From NCBI GenBank assembly GCA_046484245.1, contig JAWOBN010000050.1:1-18279 (forward strand): DNA of 18,279 nucleotides, in the 5' to 3' direction. This DNA comes from a bacterium (GTDB lineage: Bacteria > Hydrothermota > 32-111). The translations under genes were made by a program, and so were the position numbers. This document shows positions 8,422 to 15,965 of this stretch, one piece after another (the stretch's first letter is position 1; each line of letters opens with the position of its first letter). The notes under the pieces were generated by a model. That model was not told the DNA's origin. It ran no database searches and worked only from the letters and a program-made list of their open reading frames with translations.

Positions 8422-8934
8422 TTATTCTTCTGCCGAAGGCGGGGTGAAGGTTCTGCCTGCCAGTTCCTTGTCCATCATAAGCAGTCCATTGGGGCTGTTC
8501 TTTATCATTGCAACCTTGTCAAGGAGTGTCTGCATTGAATCCTCCTCCTCAACCTGCTCGTCTATATACCACTGCAGAAAACTCTCTGAAGCATAATCAT
8601 TGAGTTCCTTTGCTGTTTTCATCAGGCCATTGATAGATTTTGTAACAAACTGTTCATGCTCCAGTGCCTTCTTGAATATATCCTCCGCATCAGCAAAATC
8701 ACTGGGCGGTTTCTTGATTTCATCAAGCACCACAGAGCCGCCTCTTTCATATATATAATTGAAGAATTTCATTGCATGAAAATGCTCCTCCCGGGCCTGA
8801 ACAATAAAGAAATTGGCAAATCCGTCCAGCCCCTTGTCCTTGAAATATGCTGCCATTGAAACATAGTAATACTCTGAATACAGCTCTTTGTTTATCTGTT
8901 CATTGATCTGTTCAATCAGTTTCTTCTCCATCAT
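8422..8934 (-). CDS. ftnA: Non-heme ferritin
   Basis: QINKELYSEYYY.SM, GFANFF..QA.EE..HAMK, ALEHEQFVT, FLQWYIDEQVEEE ferroxidase residues; SD AAGGAG. Confidence 0.95.
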   Translation of the reverse strand: MMEKKLIEQINEQINKELYSEYYYVSMAAYFKDKGLDGFANFFIVQAREEHFHAMKFFNYIYERGGSVVLDEIKKPPSDFADAEDIFKKALEHEQFVTKSINGLMKTAKELNDYASESFLQWYIDEQVEEEDSMQTLLDKVAMIKNSPNGLLMMDKELAGRTFTPPSAEE

Positions 8935-10093
8935 TTAAAACTCCTTTTACTGTTTGCATTAATTGTTCAAGATACTCATCTGTAGGCACATACTGGAACT
9001 TCTCTGTGTGCTTCACATCAAAATCAGCACTCTGAAGCACATCCTCTACAAGCTGAACCGCCTGTCCGCCCCATCCGTATGAACCGAACACAATCGCCTT
9101 TCTCCCCTTTGGCGCCAGGCCCTTGAGATAAGTGAGGAAGGCTGATACTGTCGGCATCATATTGTTATTGAGTGTGGGTGAGCCCACGCAGAGATACTCG
9201 GCAGTTATCATATGTGTCATTATATCCGAGATGTGATTGTACTTGAGATCCATCATCTGAGCGTGATACCCCTTCTGCCTGAATGCATCAAGTACTGCAT
9301 AAGCCATTTTCTTTGTTGAGCCCCACATGGAATCATATACAATCACTGCCTCTTTTTCAGTGTCATTCCCGGACCAATGCCTGTAATTCTCCAGTATAGC
9401 GGGAATATGCTTTTCCCACATTACACCGTGGGAAGGGGCAATGAGTTCAAGCTCAACCTCACTGAGTGCTTCCAGTGCTTTCTGCACCTGGCTGCTGTAG
9501 GGAAGGACAATATTGGCATAGTATCTCTTTGCCTCTTCCATGACAAGAGAAATACCCAACCGGTCGGCATATCTCTGAGATGAGGCTATGTGCTGCCCGA
9601 ATGCATCATTGGAGAAGAGTATCTTCTCCTCTTTGAGATAGGTCACCATATTGTCCGGCCAGTGGACCATTGGAGTCAGAATGAATTTCAATGTATTATT
9701 GCCTGTTTCAATCTCTTCTCCATTGGCAATGGCTCTATAGGGATAATCGTCAGAATAATGTTTCTTGAGGCCCTTCAGGCCCTGGGGGGATGTGATAATC
9801 TCAGCATTGGGCGCAATATCCATTATTGCCGGGAGTCCGCCGCTGTGATCCATCTCAACATGATTGGATACAATATAGTCAATCCGCGAAGGGTCAACAA
9901 CAGACCTGATGCGGCCTATCATCTCATCTGTCAGATAGTGTTTTACTGTGTCAATCAATGTAATCTTTTTGTCAATTACCAGATAAGCATTGTACGAGGA
10001 GCCGCGCTGCGTCATGTATCCGTGAAAATTGCGCAGATCCCAGTCAATACCCCCCACCCAGTATATATTCTCTCTTATTCTGACTGCCTGCAT
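8912..10093 (-). CDS. fprA: Flavodiiron protein (class A, O2/NO reductase)
   Basis: Metallo-beta-lactamase di-iron motifs NHVEMDHSG, HWPD, SNDAFGQH, PSHG; flavodoxin domain YDSMWGSTKKMA, GSPTLN, FGSYGWGG. Confidence 0.95.
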   Translation of the reverse strand: MQAVRIRENIYWVGGIDWDLRNFHGYMTQRGSSYNAYLVIDKKITLIDTVKHYLTDEMIGRIRSVVDPSRIDYIVSNHVEMDHSGGLPAIMDIAPNAEIITSPQGLKGLKKHYSDDYPYRAIANGEEIETGNNTLKFILTPMVHWPDNMVTYLKEEKILFSNDAFGQHIASSQRYADRLGISLVMEEAKRYYANIVLPYSSQVQKALEALSEVELELIAPSHGVMWEKHIPAILENYRHWSGNDTEKEAVIVYDSMWGSTKKMAYAVLDAFRQKGYHAQMMDLKYNHISDIMTHMITAEYLCVGSPTLNNNMMPTVSAFLTYLKGLAPKGRKAIVFGSYGWGGQAVQLVEDVLQSADFDVKHTEKFQYVPTDEYLEQLMQTVKGVLNDGEETD

Positions 10094-10809
10094 CAGTCCT
10101 GTTCCTCAAACTGATCTTTGCCGACTCCGCATACAGGGCATACCCAGTCATCCGGAATATCCTCAAAAGCTGTTCCCGGTTCAACGCCATTGTCCGGATC
10201 ACCCTTCTCGGGGTCATATACATAACCGCATACTGTGCATTTGTATTTTTTCATTTCTGTCTCCTCTGTTTTATTTGATTGTTTGTCTCCGTTCTTTTCC
10301 TTTTCATCAATATATGTCGGCGCACTCTTGGGTGCTTTACCGCCCTTTATCTTGTGATAGTATGCATATGTCATAGGCGGCGCATCACTCAGTATGTCCG
10401 CATCAATGATCTCTCCGATAAAGACTGTGTGAGTATACACATCAATACTGTCAATAACCTTGAGAACTATGAATCCGGAAGTATGGTCCTTGATTATGGG
10501 CAGCCCGCTCTCTTCATGTATATCATAATCAACATCCTTGAACTTATCAATGTCCCGTCCGCATTTGAAACCGAATGTGCCTATGAAAGGCATCGGCGCT
10601 TCCTCCGAGAGTATTGATACAGTAAAGCACTTTGTCCGGGTGATGCATTCATGTGTGAAATTGTTTTTATTGATTGAAACTGCCATTGTCTTGGGTTCAT
10701 TGGATATCTGAAACACTGTGTTGGCAATCTGTCCATTAAATTTATCGCCCTTCTTTGAACTGACAATATAGAGGCCGTAACTGACCTTATGTAATGTACG
10801 TGCATTCAT
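10093..10809 (-). CDS. hrb: High-molecular-weight rubredoxin (flavin reductase-rubredoxin fusion)
   Basis: Flavin-reductase-like domain ([20 protein letters not shown]...THTVFIGE...MTYAYYH) fused to rubredoxin ([10 protein letters not shown]...WVCPVCG). One-base stop/start overlap with fprA. Confidence 0.88.
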   Translation of the reverse strand: MNARTLHKVSYGLYIVSSKKGDKFNGQIANTVFQISNEPKTMAVSINKNNFTHECITRTKCFTVSILSEEAPMPFIGTFGFKCGRDIDKFKDVDYDIHEESGLPIIKDHTSGFIVLKVIDSIDVYTHTVFIGEIIDADILSDAPPMTYAYYHKIKGGKAPKSAPTYIDEKEKNGDKQSNKTEETEMKKYKCTVCGYVYDPEKGDPDNGVEPGTAFEDIPDDWVCPVCGVGKDQFEEQD

Positions 10810-10818
10810 CTGAGCTCC

Positions 10819-11463
10819 TCAGTTTATTTTCTTGTGGCAGAACCACCAGTCATAGCAGCCTTCCTTGCCCCTTCTCTCGTCTGCTGTCTTCTCATCAGAT
10901 GCGGGCGGTGTTATTACTTCATCACCGACAAGTTCGTTCTCAGGCCAGTTGGCAGGCACTGCAACACCGTGCTCATCAACTGTCTGAAGCCCCTTCACTA
11001 CTCTGATTATCTCATCCATATTCCTGCCGAGTTCCTGCGGATAGTACAGTATTGTCCTCACTATACCCTTCGGGTCAATTATAAACACAGCCCTTACTGT
11101 GCTGTTTCCCTTATTGGGGTGAATCATGCCGAGTCTCTGTGCAACAAGCCCCCGGTCATCAGCAATAATGGGGAATTCTATTTTCTTCTTCAGATTCTCA
11201 TTGATCCATTCAGTCCATTTGATGTGAGAGAAGACCTGGTCTATGGACAATCCGAGCAATTCTGTATTCATCTCCCTGAACTTGTCATACTTGTCCTGGA
11301 AAGAGTAGAATTCTGTTGTGCACACAGGCGTGAAATCACCCGGATGTGAAAACAGTACAAGCCACTTGCCCTTGTAATCATTGGGCAGGACCTTTATTCC
11401 GTGTGTTGTTTTTATCTCCATTTCCGGCAGTCTGTCGCCTATTAACGGTATTCCCTGTTCCAT
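10819..11463 (-). CDS. Peroxiredoxin (Prx6-type, with C-terminal CxDWWFC)
   Basis: [50 protein letters not shown]. Confidence 0.94.
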   Translation of the reverse strand: MEQGIPLIGDRLPEMEIKTTHGIKVLPNDYKGKWLVLFSHPGDFTPVCTTEFYSFQDKYDKFREMNTELLGLSIDQVFSHIKWTEWINENLKKKIEFPIIADDRGLVAQRLGMIHPNKGNSTVRAVFIIDPKGIVRTILYYPQELGRNMDEIIRVVKGLQTVDEHGVAVPANWPENELVGDEVITPPASDEKTADERRGKEGCYDWWFCHKKIN

Positions 11464-11504
11464 TGTTCCTCCTTGTGTTAAGCGTCCTTCTTCTGATTAT
11501 TTTT

Positions 11505-11927
11505 CTAATTATTCTTTCTGCAGTTTCTGCAGATTCCTCTCAATGTTATATCATGCTGCTCTACCTTGTGTCCGTCCATAATACTCTTGATGCGCAGTTG
11601 TGCGGGCTTCATGTCATATATGTCCCCGCAGACCCTGCAGACAAAGTGCATATGGTCAGCCAGCCCTATATCATAGTGCTGTTCATCCGACTCAGAAGAA
11701 ACTGTAATAACCAGACTGCTGTCTTTGAATGCTTCCAGTGTATTGTAAACCGTGGTCTTTGAGAGTGTGGGTATCTCTTTCTTCACTGCCTGATAAATTG
11801 TTTTGACTGTCGGATGATCCTCATTGAGAAGCAGGTACCTCAATACAGCAACCCTCTGCATTGTGGGCGAAAGTCCTGCTTTATCAAGAACTTCAACCGG
11901 ATTGAGTTTTTTGATCTTTTTTCTCAT
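11505..11927 (-). CDS. perR: Fur-family regulator, PerR-like
   Basis: HPT..IY, LSKTTVYNTL, YD, HMHFVCRVCG.IYD and C-terminal CRNC. The Asp after CxxC and the gene context favour PerR over Fur. Confidence 0.75.
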   Translation of the reverse strand: MRKKIKKLNPVEVLDKAGLSPTMQRVAVLRYLLLNEDHPTVKTIYQAVKKEIPTLSKTTVYNTLEAFKDSSLVITVSSESDEQHYDIGLADHMHFVCRVCGDIYDMKPAQLRIKSIMDGHKVEQHDITLRGICRNCRKNN

Positions 11928-12601
11928 TTGAATATTCCTCCTGTTTCATTATACCAAAATAGGATGTCCAGATGAGCTATCGGTATATGAATATCCCCCG
12001 ATAATGCACTCATTCTCTTCTCCATCTCCAGATATTTCTTCCTGCTGATTGCCTTGGGTGTCTTATTTATTATACCATGTCTTGTTAGATTGCGCAATAT
12101 ATGTCTGTCCAGAATTGCAATATCTTCACCGAGACCTATGTTGCGCAGGAAATGTGATGCTTCTTTGTAACCGTAGCCCTTGACTGTCTTGACAATCAAA
12201 TCCCTTCTTTCTACTATATCCATACTGCTGTACACCAGTTCATCTATATCAATTGCACCGCTTCTGATATTTTCCAGCAATTGATACATATGCTCTGTCT
12301 TATTATTATAGAAACGCACCGGTTTTATATACTCTCTCAGCTTATTCTTTGATATACTGCCCACATCCTCACTGTCAATTAATTCCTCTATGCATGACCA
12401 GCAGACCTTTGCCTTGGACTGCGGGGTGAGTATGCAGAACATCATCTCATGCTGTATCTTCTCAAAATCCCTGCTTTCGTATATGCCCCTGAATTCCTTG
12501 AGTCTGCGGACAATATCAGGCTTTATTCTCCTGTAGGCTGCCTTGAGGTCATCAATTGACCGGACATCTGTTTTTTGTAATGATTCCTTTTTTATACCCA
12601 T
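11924..12601 (-). CDS. ogg: 8-oxoguanine DNA glycosylase/AP lyase (Ogg2 type)
   Basis: FCILTPQS, VRF.N.K, HhH motif VKGYGYKEASHFLRNIG, AILDRHILR, terminal ETG.IFK with the conserved C-terminal Lys. Confidence 0.92.
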   Translation of the reverse strand: MGIKKESLQKTDVRSIDDLKAAYRRIKPDIVRRLKEFRGIYESRDFEKIQHEMMFCILTPQSKAKVCWSCIEELIDSEDVGSISKNKLREYIKPVRFYNNKTEHMYQLLENIRSGAIDIDELVYSSMDIVERRDLIVKTVKGYGYKEASHFLRNIGLGEDIAILDRHILRNLTRHGIINKTPKAISRKKYLEMEKRMSALSGDIHIPIAHLDILFWYNETGGIFK

Positions 12602-12635
12602 ATCAATAATATAACTCCCTTGCGGTTTTTGTCAA
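12602..12635 (-). promoter_or_regulatory. Sigma70-type promoter of the ogg-perR cluster, leaderless geometry
   Basis: Minus strand: TTGACA(12635-12630)-16 nt-TATATT(12613-12608)-6 nt-ATG(12601). Confidence 0.68.
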
Positions 12636-12644
12636 CCCCCCGCG

Positions 12645-12736
12645 TTATTCCTCAAAGATAAAGTGCTTGAAAGAGATATGTTTCCTCATAAAGGTCATGA
12701 GGCGGGGCAGTTCTCAGAAAGCCCCCCTCAACCCGT
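12645..12736. repeat. Dispersed ~95-nt intergenic element, copy B
   Basis: Same orientation as copy A (5083-5178); similarity ends after CAACCCGT. Confidence 0.85.
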
Positions 12737-12997
12737 TCTTTTTTTGTACATTGTACATTCTTTCTTGGCTGCTATTCGCAGTCTTTTCATAATTTTTCCT
12801 TTTTCGTTGAACAGTCTTTAGACCATGAACCATTCACTATTAACTCTCGACTCGGGCAAAGCCCGGTCTCCGTCCTTGCGAGTTCACCCTGTTTGAAAGG
12901 CATTCGCGAAGCAATCTCTGTGGCCGGCTATTCACATTCTTTGCGTCGTTGTACATTGTACGTTTTCCGTTGTACGTGAGCAGCTTGTCTGCGATTT

Positions 12998-13163
12998 CTC
13001 GTGTCCCGTACTTCTGCCTGCTTCCCTGCAAAAAGTTCTTCTTGCTAAGCCCATATTGATTTATGCCTGCTCGGCATTCAGACTCGTGTCCCGTGTCCCG
13101 TGTCCCGCGTCTTTTACTTCTGCCTGCTTTCCTGCAGAAGTTTCTTCTTGCTAAGCCCATATT
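12998..13163. repeat. Two-copy direct repeat (49-nt core) with CGTGTCC heptamer tandem
   Basis: 13009-13057 vs 13115-13163 are 45/49 identical. CTCGTGTCCCG lies upstream of each copy and is expanded to (CGTGTCC)3 at 13085-13105. Confidence 0.9.
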
Positions 13164-13170
13164 TATCCCC

Positions 13171-13198
13171 TTGAAAAATTATTATCATTCTATAAAAT
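13171..13198 (+). promoter_or_regulatory. Sigma70-type promoter of iorAB
   Basis: TTGAAA(13171-13176)-16 nt-TAAAAT(13193-13198); short leader with SD GGAGG before ATG 13232. Confidence 0.6.
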
Positions 13199-13231
13199 TG
13201 AAGAGATTTAATAATTAATCATGGAGGTATT

Positions 13232-14980
13232 ATGAAAGAATTACTTTCGGGCAATGAAGCAGTTGCGCGCGGTGCATTTGAAGCCGGATTCCACTTTGCT
13301 GCTGCTTATCCCGGGACACCCAGCACCGAAATACTGGAGAATATATCCAAGTACAAAGAGATCCATTCCCAGTGGGCAGTAAATGAGAAGACATCTCTGG
13401 AGACAGCACTGGGCGCTTCATTTGCAGGAGCAAGGTCTTTGGTTGCATTGAAGCATGTGGGCCTCAATGTAGCAGCAGACCCCTTTTTCTCTGCAGGATA
13501 TATCGGAGCAAGAGGTTCTCTTGTAATTGTATCAGCTGATGACCCCGGAATGCATTCATCCCAGAATGAACAGGACAACAGGAATTATGCCAGGAGTGCA
13601 AAAATTGCAATGCTGGAGCCGTCCGATTCCCAGGAGGCAAAGGATTTCACCAAATTATCCGCAGAGATATCCGAGGAATTTGACACACCTGTTCTTCTGC
13701 GCATCACCACAAGAATCAGCCATTCACGGTCCATTGTTGAGATGGAAGACAGGAAGGATGTACCCAAAAAGGGTTATGAGAAAAATGTGAAGAAGAACCT
13801 CGTTATGCCGGCACATGCAAGAATACTTCATAAGAAAGCGGAAGAACGGCTTGTCAAACTGAAGGAGTACTCCAATAATTCCGATATCAACAGTATAGAA
13901 TACAATGACAAGAGTATAGGGATTATAACTTCAGGCATATCCTATCAGTATGTAAAGGAAGCAATGCCTGAGGCATCTGTTCTCAAGATAGGCATGAGCT
14001 GGCCCCTCCCTGACAGGAAGATACGTGAATTTGCTGACAATGTTGACAAGCTCTATGTTGTTGAGGAGAATGACCCGTTCATAGAGACAGAGGTCAAAGC
14101 AATGGATATAGACATAACAGGCAAGGACATCATACCGGGAGTACTTGAACTCAATCCCCGTATTGTAAAGCAGTCATTCAATAAAGTGGATAAACTGGAA
14201 CCTGCAGAGCTCAGCGAAAGGGCTCCGATAAGGCCTCCTGCACTCTGTCCCGGATGCCCGCATACATCAGTATTCAGGGCAATCAATAAACTGAAGCTTA
14301 TTGCAACAGGTGATATCGGCTGCTATACACTCGGTGCATTACCGCCTCTCAGTGCAATGGACACCTGTGTTGATATGGGAGCTTCAATAGGCAATGCACT
14401 GGGCATTGAGCTTATGAAGGATGAAGATGACAAGAGGGGTATTGTTGCTGTTATCGGTGATTCCACATTCTATCACTCCGGAATAACAGGTCTTATTGAT
14501 ATTATCTATAATAAGGGAAAATCCACTGTGATTATACTGGACAACTCCATCACAGCTATGACGGGACATCAGGACAATCCCGGTACAGGCAAGACCCTGA
14601 TGGGCGAGGACACGGTAAAGATGGACCTTATAAAACTCGTAAAGGGCCTGGGTCTGGAACATGTCTATGATATTGACTCCTATGACCTTGACGGTGTTGA
14701 GAAACTCATCAAACGTGAAGTGGAGAGGGATGAGCCCAGTGTCATTATTGCACATAATCCCTGCATGCTTCTGCCTGATATGAAGAAGAAGCCGAAGGAT
14801 AAGTTTTATATTGACCATGACAAATGTACAGGATGTAAGATGTGCATACAACTGGGATGCCCGGCAATCTCATTTGACAAGGATGCAAAGAAGGCGACTA
14901 TTGACAAGCAGTTCTGTGTCGGCTGTACACTCTGTGTCCAGACATGTAATTTTGACGCTATTAAAAAAATAGAGGAGTAA
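13232..14980 (+). CDS. iorA: Indolepyruvate:ferredoxin oxidoreductase alpha subunit
   Basis: GNEAVARG, YPGTPSTEI, KHVGLNVAADP, SSQNEQD, LCPGCPH, GDIGCYTLG, GDSTFYHSG, AMTGHQ; two C-terminal CxxCxxC-type 4Fe-4S motifs. Confidence 0.96.
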   Translation: MKELLSGNEAVARGAFEAGFHFAAAYPGTPSTEILENISKYKEIHSQWAVNEKTSLETALGASFAGARSLVALKHVGLNVAADPFFSAGYIGARGSLVIVSADDPGMHSSQNEQDNRNYARSAKIAMLEPSDSQEAKDFTKLSAEISEEFDTPVLLRITTRISHSRSIVEMEDRKDVPKKGYEKNVKKNLVMPAHARILHKKAEERLVKLKEYSNNSDINSIEYNDKSIGIITSGISYQYVKEAMPEASVLKIGMSWPLPDRKIREFADNVDKLYVVEENDPFIETEVKAMDIDITGKDIIPGVLELNPRIVKQSFNKVDKLEPAELSERAPIRPPALCPGCPHTSVFRAINKLKLIATGDIGCYTLGALPPLSAMDTCVDMGASIGNALGIELMKDEDDKRGIVAVIGDSTFYHSGITGLIDIIYNKGKSTVIILDNSITAMTGHQDNPGTGKTLMGEDTVKMDLIKLVKGLGLEHVYDIDSYDLDGVEKLIKREVERDEPSVIIAHNPCMLLPDMKKKPKDKFYIDHDKCTGCKMCIQLGCPAISFDKDAKKATIDKQFCVGCTLCVQTCNFDAIKKIEE

Positions 14981-14983
14981 ATT

Positions 14984-15559
14984 ATGGTTAAGAGAATAAT
15001 AATTGCAGGTGTAGGCGGTCAGGGTATTCTGCTTGCCAGTGATATCCTCTCCGAAGTATGCATGGAAGCAGGTTTTGATGTCAAGAAGAGTGAGGTGCAC
15101 GGCATGTCACAGAGAGGCGGGGATGTTGTAAGCCATGTTGTTTACGGCGAGAAGGTTTACTCCCCTCTTATTGGTGAAGGTGACGCTGATGTGATACTCT
15201 CATTTGAGAAAATAGAGGCACTCAGGAATATTGATTTCCTCAAGAAAGACGGTGTGATGATCATAAACAAGATGGAGATAAAGCCCCTTCCTGTTGCAAG
15301 CGGTCTTGCTGATTATCCCAAGAATCCGATTGATGATATTAAGAAACATATCAATAATGTCATTGTTGTTGACGGACAGAAAGAGGCAGAACAGATCGGC
15401 AATATACGCGTGATGAATGTGATATTGCTCGGCATACTTGCCCGTCATATGGATATTGAGAAGGAACTCTTTGTTGAAACAGTGAAGAAAAAGGTGCCGC
15501 CCAAGACAGTTGACATGAATATTGAAGCATTCAATTTCGGATACACTTATTCGGATTGA
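14984..15559 (+). CDS. iorB: Indolepyruvate:ferredoxin oxidoreductase beta subunit
   Basis: GVGGQGILLAS, SEVHGMSQRGG.V.SHV, N..AF..G; directly after iorA. Confidence 0.95.
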   Translation: MVKRIIIAGVGGQGILLASDILSEVCMEAGFDVKKSEVHGMSQRGGDVVSHVVYGEKVYSPLIGEGDADVILSFEKIEALRNIDFLKKDGVMIINKMEIKPLPVASGLADYPKNPIDDIKKHINNVIVVDGQKEAEQIGNIRVMNVILLGILARHMDIEKELFVETVKKKVPPKTVDMNIEAFNFGYTYSD

Positions 15560-15565
15560 TTAAAT

Positions 15566-15589
15566 AACCCTCCGGCTTGCCGGAGGGTT
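15566..15589. terminator. Bidirectional intrinsic terminator
   Basis: AACCCTCCGG-CTTG-CCGGAGGGTT between convergent iorB and TPR stops, with A/T-rich flanks. Confidence 0.8.
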
Positions 15590-15963
15590 TACTTTTCCCC
15601 TCTCAGTTCATCAATCTTTTTCTGATAATAGAGTATTGCCATGCGTGTATCCCCCAGTCTCTCATAGACAGCTGCTATTTCCTCCGGAGGCACATACTCC
15701 TCTTTTGCAGGTTTCTTGCCTGTCTTAGTATATATCTTTTCAAGGAGCACAGACATCTCCTCGTCAAATTCCACTTCATCCATAAGCTCATAGAGGATAT
15801 GCTCCGCCTCCTCATTCCTGTCCAGGCCCTCAAGTGCCTTGGCTTTGAGGAAGAGCAGTTCATTGCTTGCACCCGGTTCCATAAGTTTTTCAATAATATC
15901 CAATGCCTTTGAGTAATGCTTCTGTTCAAGATATAATTTTGCCATTGTCAGTGTTTCAAACAT
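15589..15963 (-). CDS. Small tetratricopeptide-repeat protein
   Basis: SD GGAG before ATG 15963. TPR-like helices TLTMAKLYLEQKHYSKALDI, LKAKALEGLDRNEEA, IAAVYERLGDTRMAILYY. Confidence 0.7.
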   Translation of the reverse strand: MFETLTMAKLYLEQKHYSKALDIIEKLMEPGASNELLFLKAKALEGLDRNEEAEHILYELMDEVEFDEEMSVLLEKIYTKTGKKPAKEEYVPPEEIAAVYERLGDTRMAILYYQKKIDELRGEK

Positions 15964-15965
15964 AA

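Noticed and set aside
11494..11508. Per box upstream of the peroxiredoxin
   Set aside because: Only 10/14 match in AT-rich sequence overlapping the perR stop; not distinguishable from chance.
12932..13054. 40-aa Ser/Thr/Cys-rich minus-strand ORF (MGLARRTFC...QCTTTQRM) as a RiPP precursor for the long PIMT
   Set aside because: No SD, no Asp for a PIMT to act on, composition explained by the heptamer repeats, and no lanthipeptide enzymes nearby.
12840..13160. 106-aa minus-strand ORF
   Set aside because: Runs through repeats, has no recognisable domain, and its composition is atypical; likely spurious.
12998..13163. Possible mini CRISPR array
   Set aside because: Only two imperfect 49-60 nt units, no palindromic repeat, a spacer made partly of heptamer tandem, and no cas genes in the window.
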